A stretch of 64,000 bases of DNA from an uncultured Gemmatimonadales bacterium. Its GTDB lineage: Bacteria > Gemmatimonadota > Gemmatimonadetes > Gemmatimonadales > GWC2-71-9. A program made the translations under genes and the position numbers. Under the pieces are notes generated by a model. That model made no database searches, was not told the DNA's origin, and saw only the letters and a list, made by a program, of their open reading frames with translations. Location: contig CAVSLV010000004.1 in the NCBI GenBank assembly GCA_963728915.1, positions 96,001-160,000 of the forward strand, given 5' to 3'. Of the stretch, positions 10,919-19,868 are shown in pieces. Position 1 is the stretch's first letter. The number at the start of each line of letters is the position of its first letter.

Positions 10919-10957
10919 GGGGAAACCTAGTCGCGGCGGTGCCCCGTGGTCCTGAAG

Positions 10958-10992
10958 GACGAAGCGCCTGGGGGAGGCCCAGGCGCTTCGTC
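10958..10992. terminator. Perfect 15-bp hairpin downstream of the 11015-11764 gene (probable terminator or mRNA stabiliser)
   Basis: GACGAAGCGCCTGGG-ggagg-CCCAGGCGCTTCGTC; no strong U-tract. Confidence 0.6.
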
Positions 10993-11014
10993 GGTTTCAG
11001 GCCCCTCGATGAGT

Positions 11015-11764
11015 TCAGGGACTGGTGACTTCTGATTTCCAGACGTAGTCGGTGTGGCTGGGGCAGATGGCGGTGAAGGCATTCCCCAGCGGATGGGCCG
11101 CGATCTCGCTGGAGATCATCTCCTCGGCGTTGAGCACGGCCATCACGTCCGCTCCGCCCCAGTTCAGGATGCGCCGGATCGTTCCACCCATGTTGTGGGT
11201 GTACCAGCCCCATACCATGATGTCGCCGGCCGCCAGGTGCTTGTTCATGATCTCCGCCAGCGCCGATTCCATGATCAGGTCGGCTTCGCCTTCCTTGGAC
11301 ATGTCGCAGGTGAGATACCTGGCATAGCTGAACGCGGGGTTGGGCGCCGATGGATTGGGCGCCGAACCGGCGCTCCGTTCCCAGATGTAATCGTCGTGCG
11401 ACCCGCAGACCGCGTCGAACTCGGCGCCGGCCTTCGGGTTGGTCTTGGTCAGATCGGCCTCGTAGGCGTCCTGGGCCGCGATCAACTTGGCCAGGGAGGG
11501 GGCGGTCCAGGTTTCCAGCCGGCGGAAGACTCCCCCGATCCGGTGGGAGGCGAAGCCATACGCCGTCAGGTTGCCCGCCTTGATTTGCCGGTCGAGCAGC
11601 GGAGCGATCACCTGTTTGTAGAGCGTGTCGGCGCGGGCCTGCCGGACATAGTCGCACCGGTAGTAGGTGGCCATGATGAACGGCGTAGGCGCCTGCTGCG
11701 CCATGACCGCGGATGCAACCAGGGAGGCAGCAACGGTTAACACGGTGAGACGGTTCGTTGTCAT
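11015..11764 (-). CDS. Secreted hypothetical protein made of two tandem ~100-aa repeats
   Basis: Signal peptide ending VMA-Q; AGGAG RBS; repeats YYRCD...HRIGG..RR...CGSHDDYIW and YLTCD...HNMGG..RR...CPSHTDYVW. Confidence 0.85.
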   Translation of the reverse strand: MTTNRLTVLTVAASLVASAVMAQQAPTPFIMATYYRCDYVRQARADTLYKQVIAPLLDRQIKAGNLTAYGFASHRIGGVFRRLETWTAPSLAKLIAAQDAYEADLTKTNPKAGAEFDAVCGSHDDYIWERSAGSAPNPSAPNPAFSYARYLTCDMSKEGEADLIMESALAEIMNKHLAAGDIMVWGWYTHNMGGTIRRILNWGGADVMAVLNAEEMISSEIAAHPLGNAFTAICPSHTDYVWKSEVTSP

Positions 11765-11812
11765 GAATGGTGCTCCTGTCAGGGGATCGGGTGAAAGGAT
11801 TTCTACAGCCGG

Positions 11813-11853
11813 AAAAAAGAAAGGACCCCGCTCTTGGCCTCAGCATCGGGGTC
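11813..11853 (-). terminator. Intrinsic terminator-like hairpin with U-tract about 50 nt upstream of the 11764 start
   Basis: Minus strand GACCCCG-N16-CGGGGTC followed by CTTTCTTTTTT. Confidence 0.6.
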
Positions 11854-12066
11854 GCCAGCTCACATGCTATTCTGTCGCGGAGGTCAATCGGATTCGCGAC
11901 TGTCGATTCCTAACGGGTTAGGGCGCCCATGTCAACGACTTCACTGCCCCGGTATTGGTTCCCCCCGGCGCAGGAAGTACCGAGTGACCGGGCCGAGTGA
12001 GCGCGACGGAGATCCCGCCCCGCAGACCGCTCCCGGTGGGAAGGCGAACCGCGTCGGGCTGGCACT

Positions 12067-12933
12067 TCACCCCGCGCGGAAATGCAGGGGGTCCCGAAGA
12101 CTCTGGAGCTCGCGGTAGTAGTAGAGCGCGGTCGGCGTCCGGCCCTTGAATCGCAGCTTCTTCAGGAACTCCAATTCGTGCGCGGTCACCGTGCCGCTGA
12201 GAGACCTGTCCTGAAGGAACTCCCGCAGCCCCCGCTCTTCGAGCCCCTCGTGGGAGAGCGAGCCCCGTTCGACGTACTCGAACCGTTTGAGATGCTCGGC
12301 GGCGACCCGCTGGTTCAGGGCGATGTCCAGCCCGAATGTCGCAAGGTCCACGTCCCACGAGGCGATCAGCGGATCCAGGAACGACACGCAGTGCTCGACC
12401 GAGACGTGAAAGACGTCGGTGTCGAGGAACTCGAGGACGATGACCCGCATCTCTTCGTAGCTGCGGCCACTCATGCCGGCCACCTTGTGCAGCCAGGCGT
12501 CGTTCTCCAGTTCCTCCTGAGCCACCCGCTTGACCACCTCGAGCAACTTCTCGGTCACCAGGCGCTCGAGCTCCCCGAAAGGTTGCCGCTCGAAGATCGC
12601 CCTGATCTGGCCGGCGCTCTTGGGAGCACACTTCCTCAGGATCAACTCCCGGACCTCCCGGAACAGCGGGGCAGGCTCGTCCCCCAGCACTCGCTTCAAT
12701 TCCAGCTTCCGCTGCGCGTCCGCGACCCGGGCGAGCTCGCCGGCCGGCAGTTTCAGAAACCGGTCCATCTTGTCGTATATGTCCGTCCGGTTCGGCGCGG
12801 GGGGTGATTTCTTCCTGGTCAGGAGTTGTGAGACATAGGACTCGGTGACCCGGGCGGCCCGGGCAAGCCCCTTCTGCTCCAGGCCCAACTCTTCCAGGCG
12901 CTGCCGGATTGCGAACGAAACGTCCACTTGCAT
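12067..12933 (-). CDS. XRE-family helix-turn-helix transcriptional regulator with a large C-terminal domain
   Basis: IRQRLEELGLEQKGLARAARVTESYVSQLL is a typical XRE HTH; start may be GTG at 12927. Confidence 0.85.
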   Translation of the reverse strand: MQVDVSFAIRQRLEELGLEQKGLARAARVTESYVSQLLTRKKSPPAPNRTDIYDKMDRFLKLPAGELARVADAQRKLELKRVLGDEPAPLFREVRELILRKCAPKSAGQIRAIFERQPFGELERLVTEKLLEVVKRVAQEELENDAWLHKVAGMSGRSYEEMRVIVLEFLDTDVFHVSVEHCVSFLDPLIASWDVDLATFGLDIALNQRVAAEHLKRFEYVERGSLSHEGLEERGLREFLQDRSLSGTVTAHELEFLKKLRFKGRTPTALYYYRELQSLRDPLHFRAG

Positions 12934-12950
12934 CCCCTCGGATTTCTGTC

Positions 12951-12972
12951 GGTTTACTGTTTTCAGTAAACC
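12951..12972. promoter_or_regulatory. Perfect inverted repeat, probable operator
   Basis: GGTTTACTG-TTTT-CAGTAAACC just upstream of the XRE gene start. Confidence 0.65.
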
Positions 12973-12987
12973 AAGATAGTATGGAAG

Positions 12988-13024
12988 ATTCTACTTTGAC
13001 AAGAATGGTAAAGTCAACTATCAT
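12988..13024. promoter_or_regulatory. Overlapping divergent sigma70-type promoters
   Basis: + strand TTGACA(12996-13001)-17nt-TATCAT(13019-13024); - strand TTGACT(13017-13012)-18nt-TAGAAT(12993-12988); AT-rich island. Confidence 0.75.
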
Positions 13025-13058
13025 GATAGGGTTCCGACTCTTTGAAAGGGGCGGGTGT

Positions 13059-13298
13059 ATGAGCACTCACTGCCATCGGTGCGGCGGCCTCATGGGCTAT
13101 CGCAAGCGCATTTCCTATCGGTTGCCTTCCGACACAACGGTCAGGGTAGGGGCTCACAATGGCGTCTGCTCCTGTAGTGTGGCGATCCTGGATGGTCCGC
13201 CTCCCGGCTTTGCCTCCTTGCCGGCGATGCCGAGGGCCGGGCCGGTTCCCGGTTCAGGGCTCTCCCGAGGTCAGTTCCGGAAAAACATCAAGAAGTGA
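13059..13298 (+). CDS. Small Cys-rich hypothetical protein (79 aa, possible zinc-binding)
   Basis: GAAAGGGG RBS; MSTHCHRCGGLMG...CSC; directly downstream of a near-consensus promoter. Confidence 0.5.
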   Translation: MSTHCHRCGGLMGYRKRISYRLPSDTTVRVGAHNGVCSCSVAILDGPPPGFASLPAMPRAGPVPGSGLSRGQFRKNIKK

Positions 13299-13376
13299 CC
13301 GGCCTGAGCCTGAGTCGGGCGGGTAGCGGCCTCCCCCCTACCGTGGAGCCCTCCCGGGCCTTACTCATTCATCCGG

Positions 13377-13646
13377 ATGACCTCCGCTCCCATCGAGCTT
13401 CCCGACCATCCCGGATCGCGCCACCTCGGCGATTTGAACCGGGGTGAGGTCACTTGGCGCGTGTTCCTGGAAACCCGCGGGGGTGACCAGCCCGCTCGGG
13501 GCCGGATCCACTTCGTGTCCAATCAGGGCGGAGTCACCCGGTCCACCGGCTGGATTTTCGTGGAGCCCAACGATCAAGAGCTGATCCGCCGCTTCCACGA
13601 GTTCAGTGCAGTCGAGCTGTGGAAGCTGCTGGAAAGCCTGGGCTAG
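13377..13646 (+). CDS. Hypothetical protein (89 aa)
   Basis: Protein-like composition; fills the gap before the Omp85-like gene. Confidence 0.7.
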   Translation: MTSAPIELPDHPGSRHLGDLNRGEVTWRVFLETRGGDQPARGRIHFVSNQGGVTRSTGWIFVEPNDQELIRRFHEFSAVELWKLLESLG

Positions 13647-13674
13647 CCCTCCCACGATTCTTTCCGTTTCCCCG

Positions 13675-15264
13675 ATGTGCATCTGCCGGACCACCGCGGC
13701 GCTGCTCGCGCTCCTGCCGACGATTGCCCGATCCCAGGAAGTCTCCGATACCTCGCAGGTCATTCGCGCGGTGGAGATCCGCCGGCTCAACGTGTTCGGG
13801 CCCACCGAGGCCACCAGCACGCTGCCCCGTCTGGCGAACAGCCTGCACCGGACCACCCGGCAGGGGGTGGTCGAGCGGGAGCTGCTGTTTCATTCCGGGA
13901 TGGTCTATGACTCGGCCCGGGTCGCGGAGACCGCGCGGAACCTCCGTTCCGTCGGCGTGTTCCGGAGCGTGTCGATCGACTCGGTCCACACCGACAGCGG
14001 TCTCATCGTGCGGGTAACCACGGCCGACGGGTGGACCACCCGGCCGGACTTCCGGTTCGGAAGCTCCGGGTCGAGTATCACCTACACCGCTGCGCTGGAC
14101 GAGCTCAACTTCCTGGGCACCGCGACCCAGCTCGGGGTGCGCTATCGAAAGGACCCCGATCGCTCGAGTGTGATTGGAACCTTTCGCCAGCCACGGCTGC
14201 TCTGGCGCAGCGTCGGCCTGTCGCTCGCCTACTACCATCTGAGCGACGGCGACATCGAAATCGGGTCGCTCTCCCGGCCCTTCTTCTCCCTCTCGGATCG
14301 CACCGGCTGGACGCTCGGCGGGGATCTCCGGAACCACCGGATTCTTCGCTTCTACGACGGGGAGGATGTCGCGCGGGACTCCCTGCAACACCGGTTCGGG
14401 CTCGTCTACAGCTCGATCGCCCACGCCATCCGGGCGGGACCGGGCGGTTACTTGCGGCTCGGGATCAACGGGAGCGTGCGCCGTGACGACTATGCGGCGG
14501 AAGCGCGGGCCGACACCATCGGAAAGAGCGTGACCGGTCTGGTGGGCGCCTTTCTGCAATGGCGGCAGGCGCGATTCCTGGTGTCCCGAGGGCTAACCTC
14601 GTTCGGCCGGGAAGAGGACGTCGACGTCAGCACCGCCATCGGGATCGGACTGGGGATCACGCCGAAAGGGTTTGGATACGACGAGGACGGGATCGTACCC
14701 ACGGTGTCGTTTCTCACCGGGTTCGGCAGCGTCAGGCACTTCGTGCAGCTCTTCGGCACCGGGACCCTGCGGTACACGTCGGCTGGACTCGACTCCGGCA
14801 CCGTGCAGGTCGCCGCGACCGGTTTCCTGGTTCCGGCGGCGCGCCACCTGGCCGTGCTTCACGGATCGGCGGGATGGCAGTGGAATCCCGCGCCCGGAGG
14901 AGAATTCGATCTCGGGCTCGGTCTCGGGCCGCGGGCATTTCGAGCCCACGCTTTCACTGGAGACCGGGCCTTTCTCACCTCGGCGGAATACCGCTTCACC
15001 CTCTCGGACGAGCTGCTCAAGCTGAGCGCGGTGGGCCTCGCCGGATTCGTGGACTATGGTGGCGCGTGGTGGCATGACCAGCCTCGCCGGACCGGCTGGG
15101 ATTTCGGCGTTGGGCTCCGGCTCGGTCCAACCCGGGCGACCAATGTGAAGAGTACCCGGGTCGATCTGGCCTACCGGGTTGGGAATGATGCCCAACCCGG
15201 CGGCTGGGTGCTGGTGGTGGGGGCCGGTTTCGCCTTTCTTCCCAGCTTCCGGCTGGCCCCCTGA
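13675..15264 (+). CDS. BamA/TamA (Omp85)-like outer-membrane protein, single POTRA + beta-barrel
   Basis: Signal peptide; LANSLHRTTRQGVVERELLF...ETARNLRS POTRA-like segment; amphipathic beta strands; C-terminal aromatic strand. Confidence 0.78.
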   Translation: MCICRTTAALLALLPTIARSQEVSDTSQVIRAVEIRRLNVFGPTEATSTLPRLANSLHRTTRQGVVERELLFHSGMVYDSARVAETARNLRSVGVFRSVSIDSVHTDSGLIVRVTTADGWTTRPDFRFGSSGSSITYTAALDELNFLGTATQLGVRYRKDPDRSSVIGTFRQPRLLWRSVGLSLAYYHLSDGDIEIGSLSRPFFSLSDRTGWTLGGDLRNHRILRFYDGEDVARDSLQHRFGLVYSSIAHAIRAGPGGYLRLGINGSVRRDDYAAEARADTIGKSVTGLVGAFLQWRQARFLVSRGLTSFGREEDVDVSTAIGIGLGITPKGFGYDEDGIVPTVSFLTGFGSVRHFVQLFGTGTLRYTSAGLDSGTVQVAATGFLVPAARHLAVLHGSAGWQWNPAPGGEFDLGLGLGPRAFRAHAFTGDRAFLTSAEYRFTLSDELLKLSAVGLAGFVDYGGAWWHDQPRRTGWDFGVGLRLGPTRATNVKSTRVDLAYRVGNDAQPGGWVLVVGAGFAFLPSFRLAP

Positions 15265-15367
15265 CCGTGTCCGACTGACCGGTTTCGAAGCCTCGCCTCG
15301 TTGGCGACGGCCCCACCGGGACGATAGATTTCTTCCAGGCGAGCCGTCAGGGTGGCTTCGCCTCCCC

Positions 15368-15439
<72 letters not shown>

Positions 15440-15468
15440 CTGCCCTGGAAGCGAGGTGATGGGCAGTC

Positions 15469-16215
15469 ATGCACGCGCGAGCTCGGTTCGCAGTCCTCCT
15501 CCTGACATCGCTGCACGGGTTAGGCACGATGCTTCTGGCCCAGACCGGGAGCATCACCGGAACCGTCATCAACGCGATGGGTGGCGGGGCGATCGAAGGC
15601 GCCCGGGTCGAGCTGGTCGGCACGAGCCATCTCGCCTCGACCACCCGGCGGGGAGAATTCACCTTCAAGGACCTCGAACCGGGCAAGTACACCATCCAGG
15701 CCAGCGCGATCGGCTACGCGACGCTGAGCGCCGAGCTCGAGGTCAAAGCCAGGGAGACCCTGGAAGTGGAGTTCCAGGCCCAGGCCGAATCGGTCCATCT
15801 TCCCGATGTGGATGTGAAGGAAGGGCCTCGGCTTCCGTCCGAGTTCGTGCGCCGGAGCCAGGAGGGTGGTGGCCGGTATCTGAGCCGGGCTGAGATCGAG
15901 CGCCGTCCCGGCGCCGCAACGGTCACCGACCTGCTCCGGACCTTTCCCGGGGTGCGGATCAACTGCCGAAGCAACCCCTGCGTTCCGTCCTTCACCCGCG
16001 CGACCAGGAATTGCGGCCCGTCCTTCTTTCTCGACGGGATGGAAACCGAGGCTTCCGCGCTGATGATGCAACCGGCCCGCGAGGTGGACGGGATCGAGGT
16101 GTATTCCGGGCTGGCGGAGATGCCCCCCGAGCTCAGGGGCAGGAACGGTGGGTGCGGTGCCTTCGTGGTCTGGACCCGCACCCCCCCCGACGCGAGGCGC
16201 AAGCCCAAGCCCTAG
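15469..16215 (+). CDS. Secreted carboxypeptidase-regulatory-like domain + TonB plug-like domain protein, no barrel
   Basis: TGSITGTV...GEFTFKDLEPGKYTIQASAIGY; DLLRTFPGV...FFLDG...EVDGIEVYSG...CGAFVVWTR. Confidence 0.75.
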   Translation: MHARARFAVLLLTSLHGLGTMLLAQTGSITGTVINAMGGGAIEGARVELVGTSHLASTTRRGEFTFKDLEPGKYTIQASAIGYATLSAELEVKARETLEVEFQAQAESVHLPDVDVKEGPRLPSEFVRRSQEGGGRYLSRAEIERRPGAATVTDLLRTFPGVRINCRSNPCVPSFTRATRNCGPSFFLDGMETEASALMMQPAREVDGIEVYSGLAEMPPELRGRNGGCGAFVVWTRTPPDARRKPKP

Positions 16216-17318
16216 CTGCGGTGCGAGAGGGCGCCCGCCTTCTTCTCGATTCCCTTCAACACCCCGCGATACGACGTTGCGAACTTCTCGACGCCCTCGA
16301 TCTCGAGATCGTGGGTGATCCGGTCGAGGTCGATGCCGCGCCGCCGGACCTCGTCCAACTGGTGGTGCGCTGCACTCATGGTCTGGTTGATCCGAAGCTC
16401 GGGGTGCCCATGATCACGGTAGGCGTCGATGGTCTCGGGCGGCATGGTGTTCACGGTGTGCTGGGCGATCAGCGGCTCGATGTAGTGGGTGTCGGAGTAG
16501 CGGGGATCCTTGGTGCTGGTGGAAGCCCAGAGCGGCCGTTGGGGGTGGGCCCCGAGACTCGCGAGCGGACGCCAGCGGGGTGAGGCCAGGGAACGCTGAA
16601 ACGCTTCGTACGCGTTGGCGGCGTTCGCGATCGCGATGGTTCCCCGCAGGGGATCGTCGGGCTCGCCCCGATCGAGCAGGGGATCGACCTTGCCGTCGAC
16701 CCGGCTCACGAAGAACGAGGCGACCGATGTCAGGCGGTCGATCGGTTTGCCCGCGACGATTCGCTGCTCCAGGCCGAGCAGGAAGGCGTGGATGACCTGC
16801 TCATAGCGATCCACCGAGAAGAGCAGGGTGATGTTCACGTTGATCCCGTGGGCCACCGCCGCGGTGATCGCGGGAAGGCCCGCCTCGGTCCCCGGGATCT
16901 TCACCATGAGATTGGGCCGGCCGACCGCGTCCCACAGGCGCCGCGCCTCGACCTCGGTGGCCTTGGTATCGTTGGCGAATTCCGGATTCACTTCGATGGA
17001 GACCAGCCCGTCCTGTCCCTGGAGCGCGTCGTAGGTCGACCGGAACAGATCGCAGGCGTTCCGGACGTCGTCCACCGTCAGCGCCTCGAAGATGTCGGCG
17101 GGCCCCTTGCCGGCGGCGAGCATCCGGGCGATGTCCTCGTCGTAATGCTCGCTGCCGGTGATGGCTTTCTCGAAGATGGTCGGATTGGACGTCATCCCCC
17201 GGAGCCCGTCGTTCCGGATCAACGTGGAAAGGCGACCCGAGCTGAGCAGGTCCCGCGTGATGTAGTCGAGCCAGGGGCTCTGTCCGAGCTGCCCGAGACG
17301 TACCAGCGGATTCGTCAT
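16212..17318 (-). CDS. tal: Transaldolase
   Basis: [56 protein letters not shown] and [10 protein letters not shown] motifs; start overlaps the tkt stop. Confidence 0.95.
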   Translation of the reverse strand: MTNPLVRLGQLGQSPWLDYITRDLLSSGRLSTLIRNDGLRGMTSNPTIFEKAITGSEHYDEDIARMLAAGKGPADIFEALTVDDVRNACDLFRSTYDALQGQDGLVSIEVNPEFANDTKATEVEARRLWDAVGRPNLMVKIPGTEAGLPAITAAVAHGINVNITLLFSVDRYEQVIHAFLLGLEQRIVAGKPIDRLTSVASFFVSRVDGKVDPLLDRGEPDDPLRGTIAIANAANAYEAFQRSLASPRWRPLASLGAHPQRPLWASTSTKDPRYSDTHYIEPLIAQHTVNTMPPETIDAYRDHGHPELRINQTMSAAHHQLDEVRRRGIDLDRITHDLEIEGVEKFATSYRGVLKGIEKKAGALSHRS

Positions 17319-19378
17319 GCTGCACCTCCTGAAACCAGCGAACGGACTTTCGTCATGATGGCCTCGACGGTGAGGCCGAATTCGTGAAACAGACGCTCTC
17401 CGGGCGCCGAAGCGCCAAAATGGTCGAGCCCGATCGCGGCGCCTGCGTCGGTCAACCACTCCCGCCAGCCCTGGGTGGCCGCCGCCTCGATCGAGACCCG
17501 GATCCGGACCGTCGGCGGGAGGACTTCCTCCCGGTAGGCCTCCGGCTGCATTCGAAAAACCTCCCAGGAAGGGAACGACACGACCCGGGTGCGGATGGCG
17601 GGGCCCCCCTCGCCCCGAGTCAGGCGTTCGGCGGCTTCGAGGGCCAGGTGCACTTCCGATCCGGTGGCGAGGACCAGCGCCTCGGGTGGGCCGGCCGGAG
17701 GCTCGAACAGGACGTAGGCGCCTCGCAGCGCGCCGCTCGCGTTTCCCAGCGCGGCTCGATCCGGAACCGGGACCTTCTGCCGGGTCAATACCAGCGCGGT
17801 GGGCCCGGTCATGCGGGTTATGGCGGTCCGCCAGGCCTGCGCGGTTTCCGCGGCGTCGCCGGGCCGGATCACCACCAGGTTGGGGATGGCGCGGAGCGAG
17901 GCGAGGTGCTCGATCGGCTGGTGGGTCGGTCCGTCCTCGCCCAATCCGATCGAATCGTGGGTGAACACGTAGGTCACCGGAATCGCCATGAGGGCCGCCA
18001 GCCGGATCGCGGGCCGCATGTAGTCGGAGAAGATCAGGAAGGTTCCTCCATAGGGCCGCATCCCGCCATGGAGCGCCATCCCGTTCATCGCCGCGGCCAT
18101 TGCGTGCTCCCGCACTCCCCACGCGATGTTCCTGCCGGGCTTGCCGGGGTCGTAAAGGCTCAGCTCCTTTGCCGTGGTCCCGGTGCTTCCCGCGAGATCC
18201 GCCGATCCTCCCGCCAGGGTGGGCAGCCTGGGGAGGAGGGCCTCGAGCACCTGCGCCGATGCCTGTCTCGTCGCGAGGGGCTTTCCCGCCGGAAAATCCG
18301 GAAGGGTCTGATTCCAGTCGAGGTCAACCGTGCCGGCGAGGGCGGCCTGGTATTCCGCGGCGAGATCGGGATGATCGGCAGTGTAGGCCTCGAGCCGGAT
18401 GGACCAGCCCTGGCGGAGCTCGGACCCGCGTGCCTGGATGTGGGGAGCCTGGGCGGCGACCACCTCCGGGATGACGAAGGTCTTATCCGGTGGCCACCCG
18501 AGGATCTCCTTGGTCCGGCGAACTTCCTCCGCGCCGAGCGGCTCGCCATGCGCCTTGGCGGTGTTCTGCCGGGTCGGGGCCGGATACCCGATGATGGTCC
18601 GGAGCACGATCAGCATCGGCCGTTCAGTTTCCTGGGCGGCTTCACTCAGGGCCGCATCGATCGCCACGAGGTCGTTCCCATCGTCGACATGGAGAACGCG
18701 CCAGCCGTAGGCTTCGAATCGGCGGCCCACGTCCTCGGTGAAGGTGCGATCGGTCTTCCCGTCGATGGTGATGTGGTTCGCGTCGTAGATCACCTTGAGC
18801 TTGCCGAGCCGGAGGTGTCCCGCAAGCGAGGACGCTTCACTGGCCACGCCTTCCATCATGTCGCCGTCGCTCGCAAATGCCCAGGTCCGGTGATTCACGA
18901 TCTCGTGCCCGGGCCGGTTGAATCGCGACGCGAGCAGAGTTTCCGCGATCGCCATGCCGACGGCGTTCCCGAGTCCCTGACCCAGGGGGCCGGTGGTCGT
19001 CTCGACGCCGACCGTGTGGCGATACTCGGGGTGACCGGGGGTCTTCGAGCCCCACTGCCGGAAGTTCCGGATTTCCTCGAGGGAAAGACCGTAGCCGGTG
19101 AGATGGAGGAGGCTGTAGAGCAGCATCGATGCGTGGCCGCAGGACAGCACGAAGCGATCGCGATCGGGCCAATCCGGGTCAACCGGGTCATGCCGGAGGT
19201 GCCGGGTCCACAGCAGCCAGCCCACCGGGGCCAGCGCCATCGGCGTTCCGGGGTGGCCGCTCTGGGCCGCTTCGACCGCGTCCATTGCCAGCACACGGAT
19301 CGTGTCGATGCACTTCTGGGTGAGCTCGGTCTCGGTGTTCGCGGGGCGCGTTTCAGCGGGTCGGGTTTCGACGGTCAG
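17315..19378 (-). CDS. tkt: Transketolase (probable CTG start at 19378)
   Basis: [37 protein letters not shown] and [18 protein letters not shown] motifs; conserved CIDTIR lies upstream of the first GTG/ATG. Confidence 0.95.
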   Translation of the reverse strand: MTVETRPAETRPANTETELTQKCIDTIRVLAMDAVEAAQSGHPGTPMALAPVGWLLWTRHLRHDPVDPDWPDRDRFVLSCGHASMLLYSLLHLTGYGLSLEEIRNFRQWGSKTPGHPEYRHTVGVETTTGPLGQGLGNAVGMAIAETLLASRFNRPGHEIVNHRTWAFASDGDMMEGVASEASSLAGHLRLGKLKVIYDANHITIDGKTDRTFTEDVGRRFEAYGWRVLHVDDGNDLVAIDAALSEAAQETERPMLIVLRTIIGYPAPTRQNTAKAHGEPLGAEEVRRTKEILGWPPDKTFVIPEVVAAQAPHIQARGSELRQGWSIRLEAYTADHPDLAAEYQAALAGTVDLDWNQTLPDFPAGKPLATRQASAQVLEALLPRLPTLAGGSADLAGSTGTTAKELSLYDPGKPGRNIAWGVREHAMAAAMNGMALHGGMRPYGGTFLIFSDYMRPAIRLAALMAIPVTYVFTHDSIGLGEDGPTHQPIEHLASLRAIPNLVVIRPGDAAETAQAWRTAITRMTGPTALVLTRQKVPVPDRAALGNASGALRGAYVLFEPPAGPPEALVLATGSEVHLALEAAERLTRGEGGPAIRTRVVSFPSWEVFRMQPEAYREEVLPPTVRIRVSIEAAATQGWREWLTDAGAAIGLDHFGASAPGERLFHEFGLTVEAIMTKVRSLVSGGAA

Positions 19379-19460
19379 GGCAGGCTCCTTTCCAACGAAG
19401 CACCAGCGGGTCCGGTCTGCAAAGTAAGCGAGCGGCGGGTGGGTGATTAAGTTTCAGGCC

Positions 19461-19868
19461 GTGCCACGAAAGCCACGCAAACGCCGCTCGTCTTCACCTC
19501 CTTCAGCGCACGCCAGTTCCAAGACCCTTCGCCGCTCGGGAGGACGCTCGTATCAGGCCCACCGGGACTGGCTTCTGGCGCAGCATGGGCCGGTCTGCGC
19601 CTACTGCGGGGTGACGACGAGCCCCGAGAGCATCACACTGGATCACGTGCGACCCCGGCGCGGGCAAACCGCGTACGATCGGCCGGACAACCTGGTCCTC
19701 TCCTGTTCCACCTGCAATGCCGCCAAAGCCGACATGCCGTTCCTGGCGTTTCTGCTCGCCCGCCGAAGCCGCGGGGTCTACCTGCTCCACTACGGCGACC
19801 ATCTCTCCGAAGGCATCAAGAAGATCGTTCGCGAAGTGACCGAGCGCCCCCTTCTTCCGGCCGACTAG
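19461..19868 (+). CDS. HNH endonuclease family protein
   Basis: CAYCG...TLDHVRPRRG...DNLVLSCSTCNAAK; start GTG 19461 or 19443. Confidence 0.85.
   Translation: MPRKPRKRRSSSPPSAHASSKTLRRSGGRSYQAHRDWLLAQHGPVCAYCGVTTSPESITLDHVRPRRGQTAYDRPDNLVLSCSTCNAAKADMPFLAFLLARRSRGVYLLHYGDHLSEGIKKIVREVTERPLLPAD

Noticed and set aside
2531..10930. Long + strand ORFs (669, 489, 509 aa) opposite the glucan synthase
   Set aside because: Antisense shadows expected from high-GC codon bias; no recognisable motifs
19461..19868. HNH gene as a mobile element or defence system
   Set aside because: Stand-alone small HNH with no flanking repeats, methylase, Cas or phage genes
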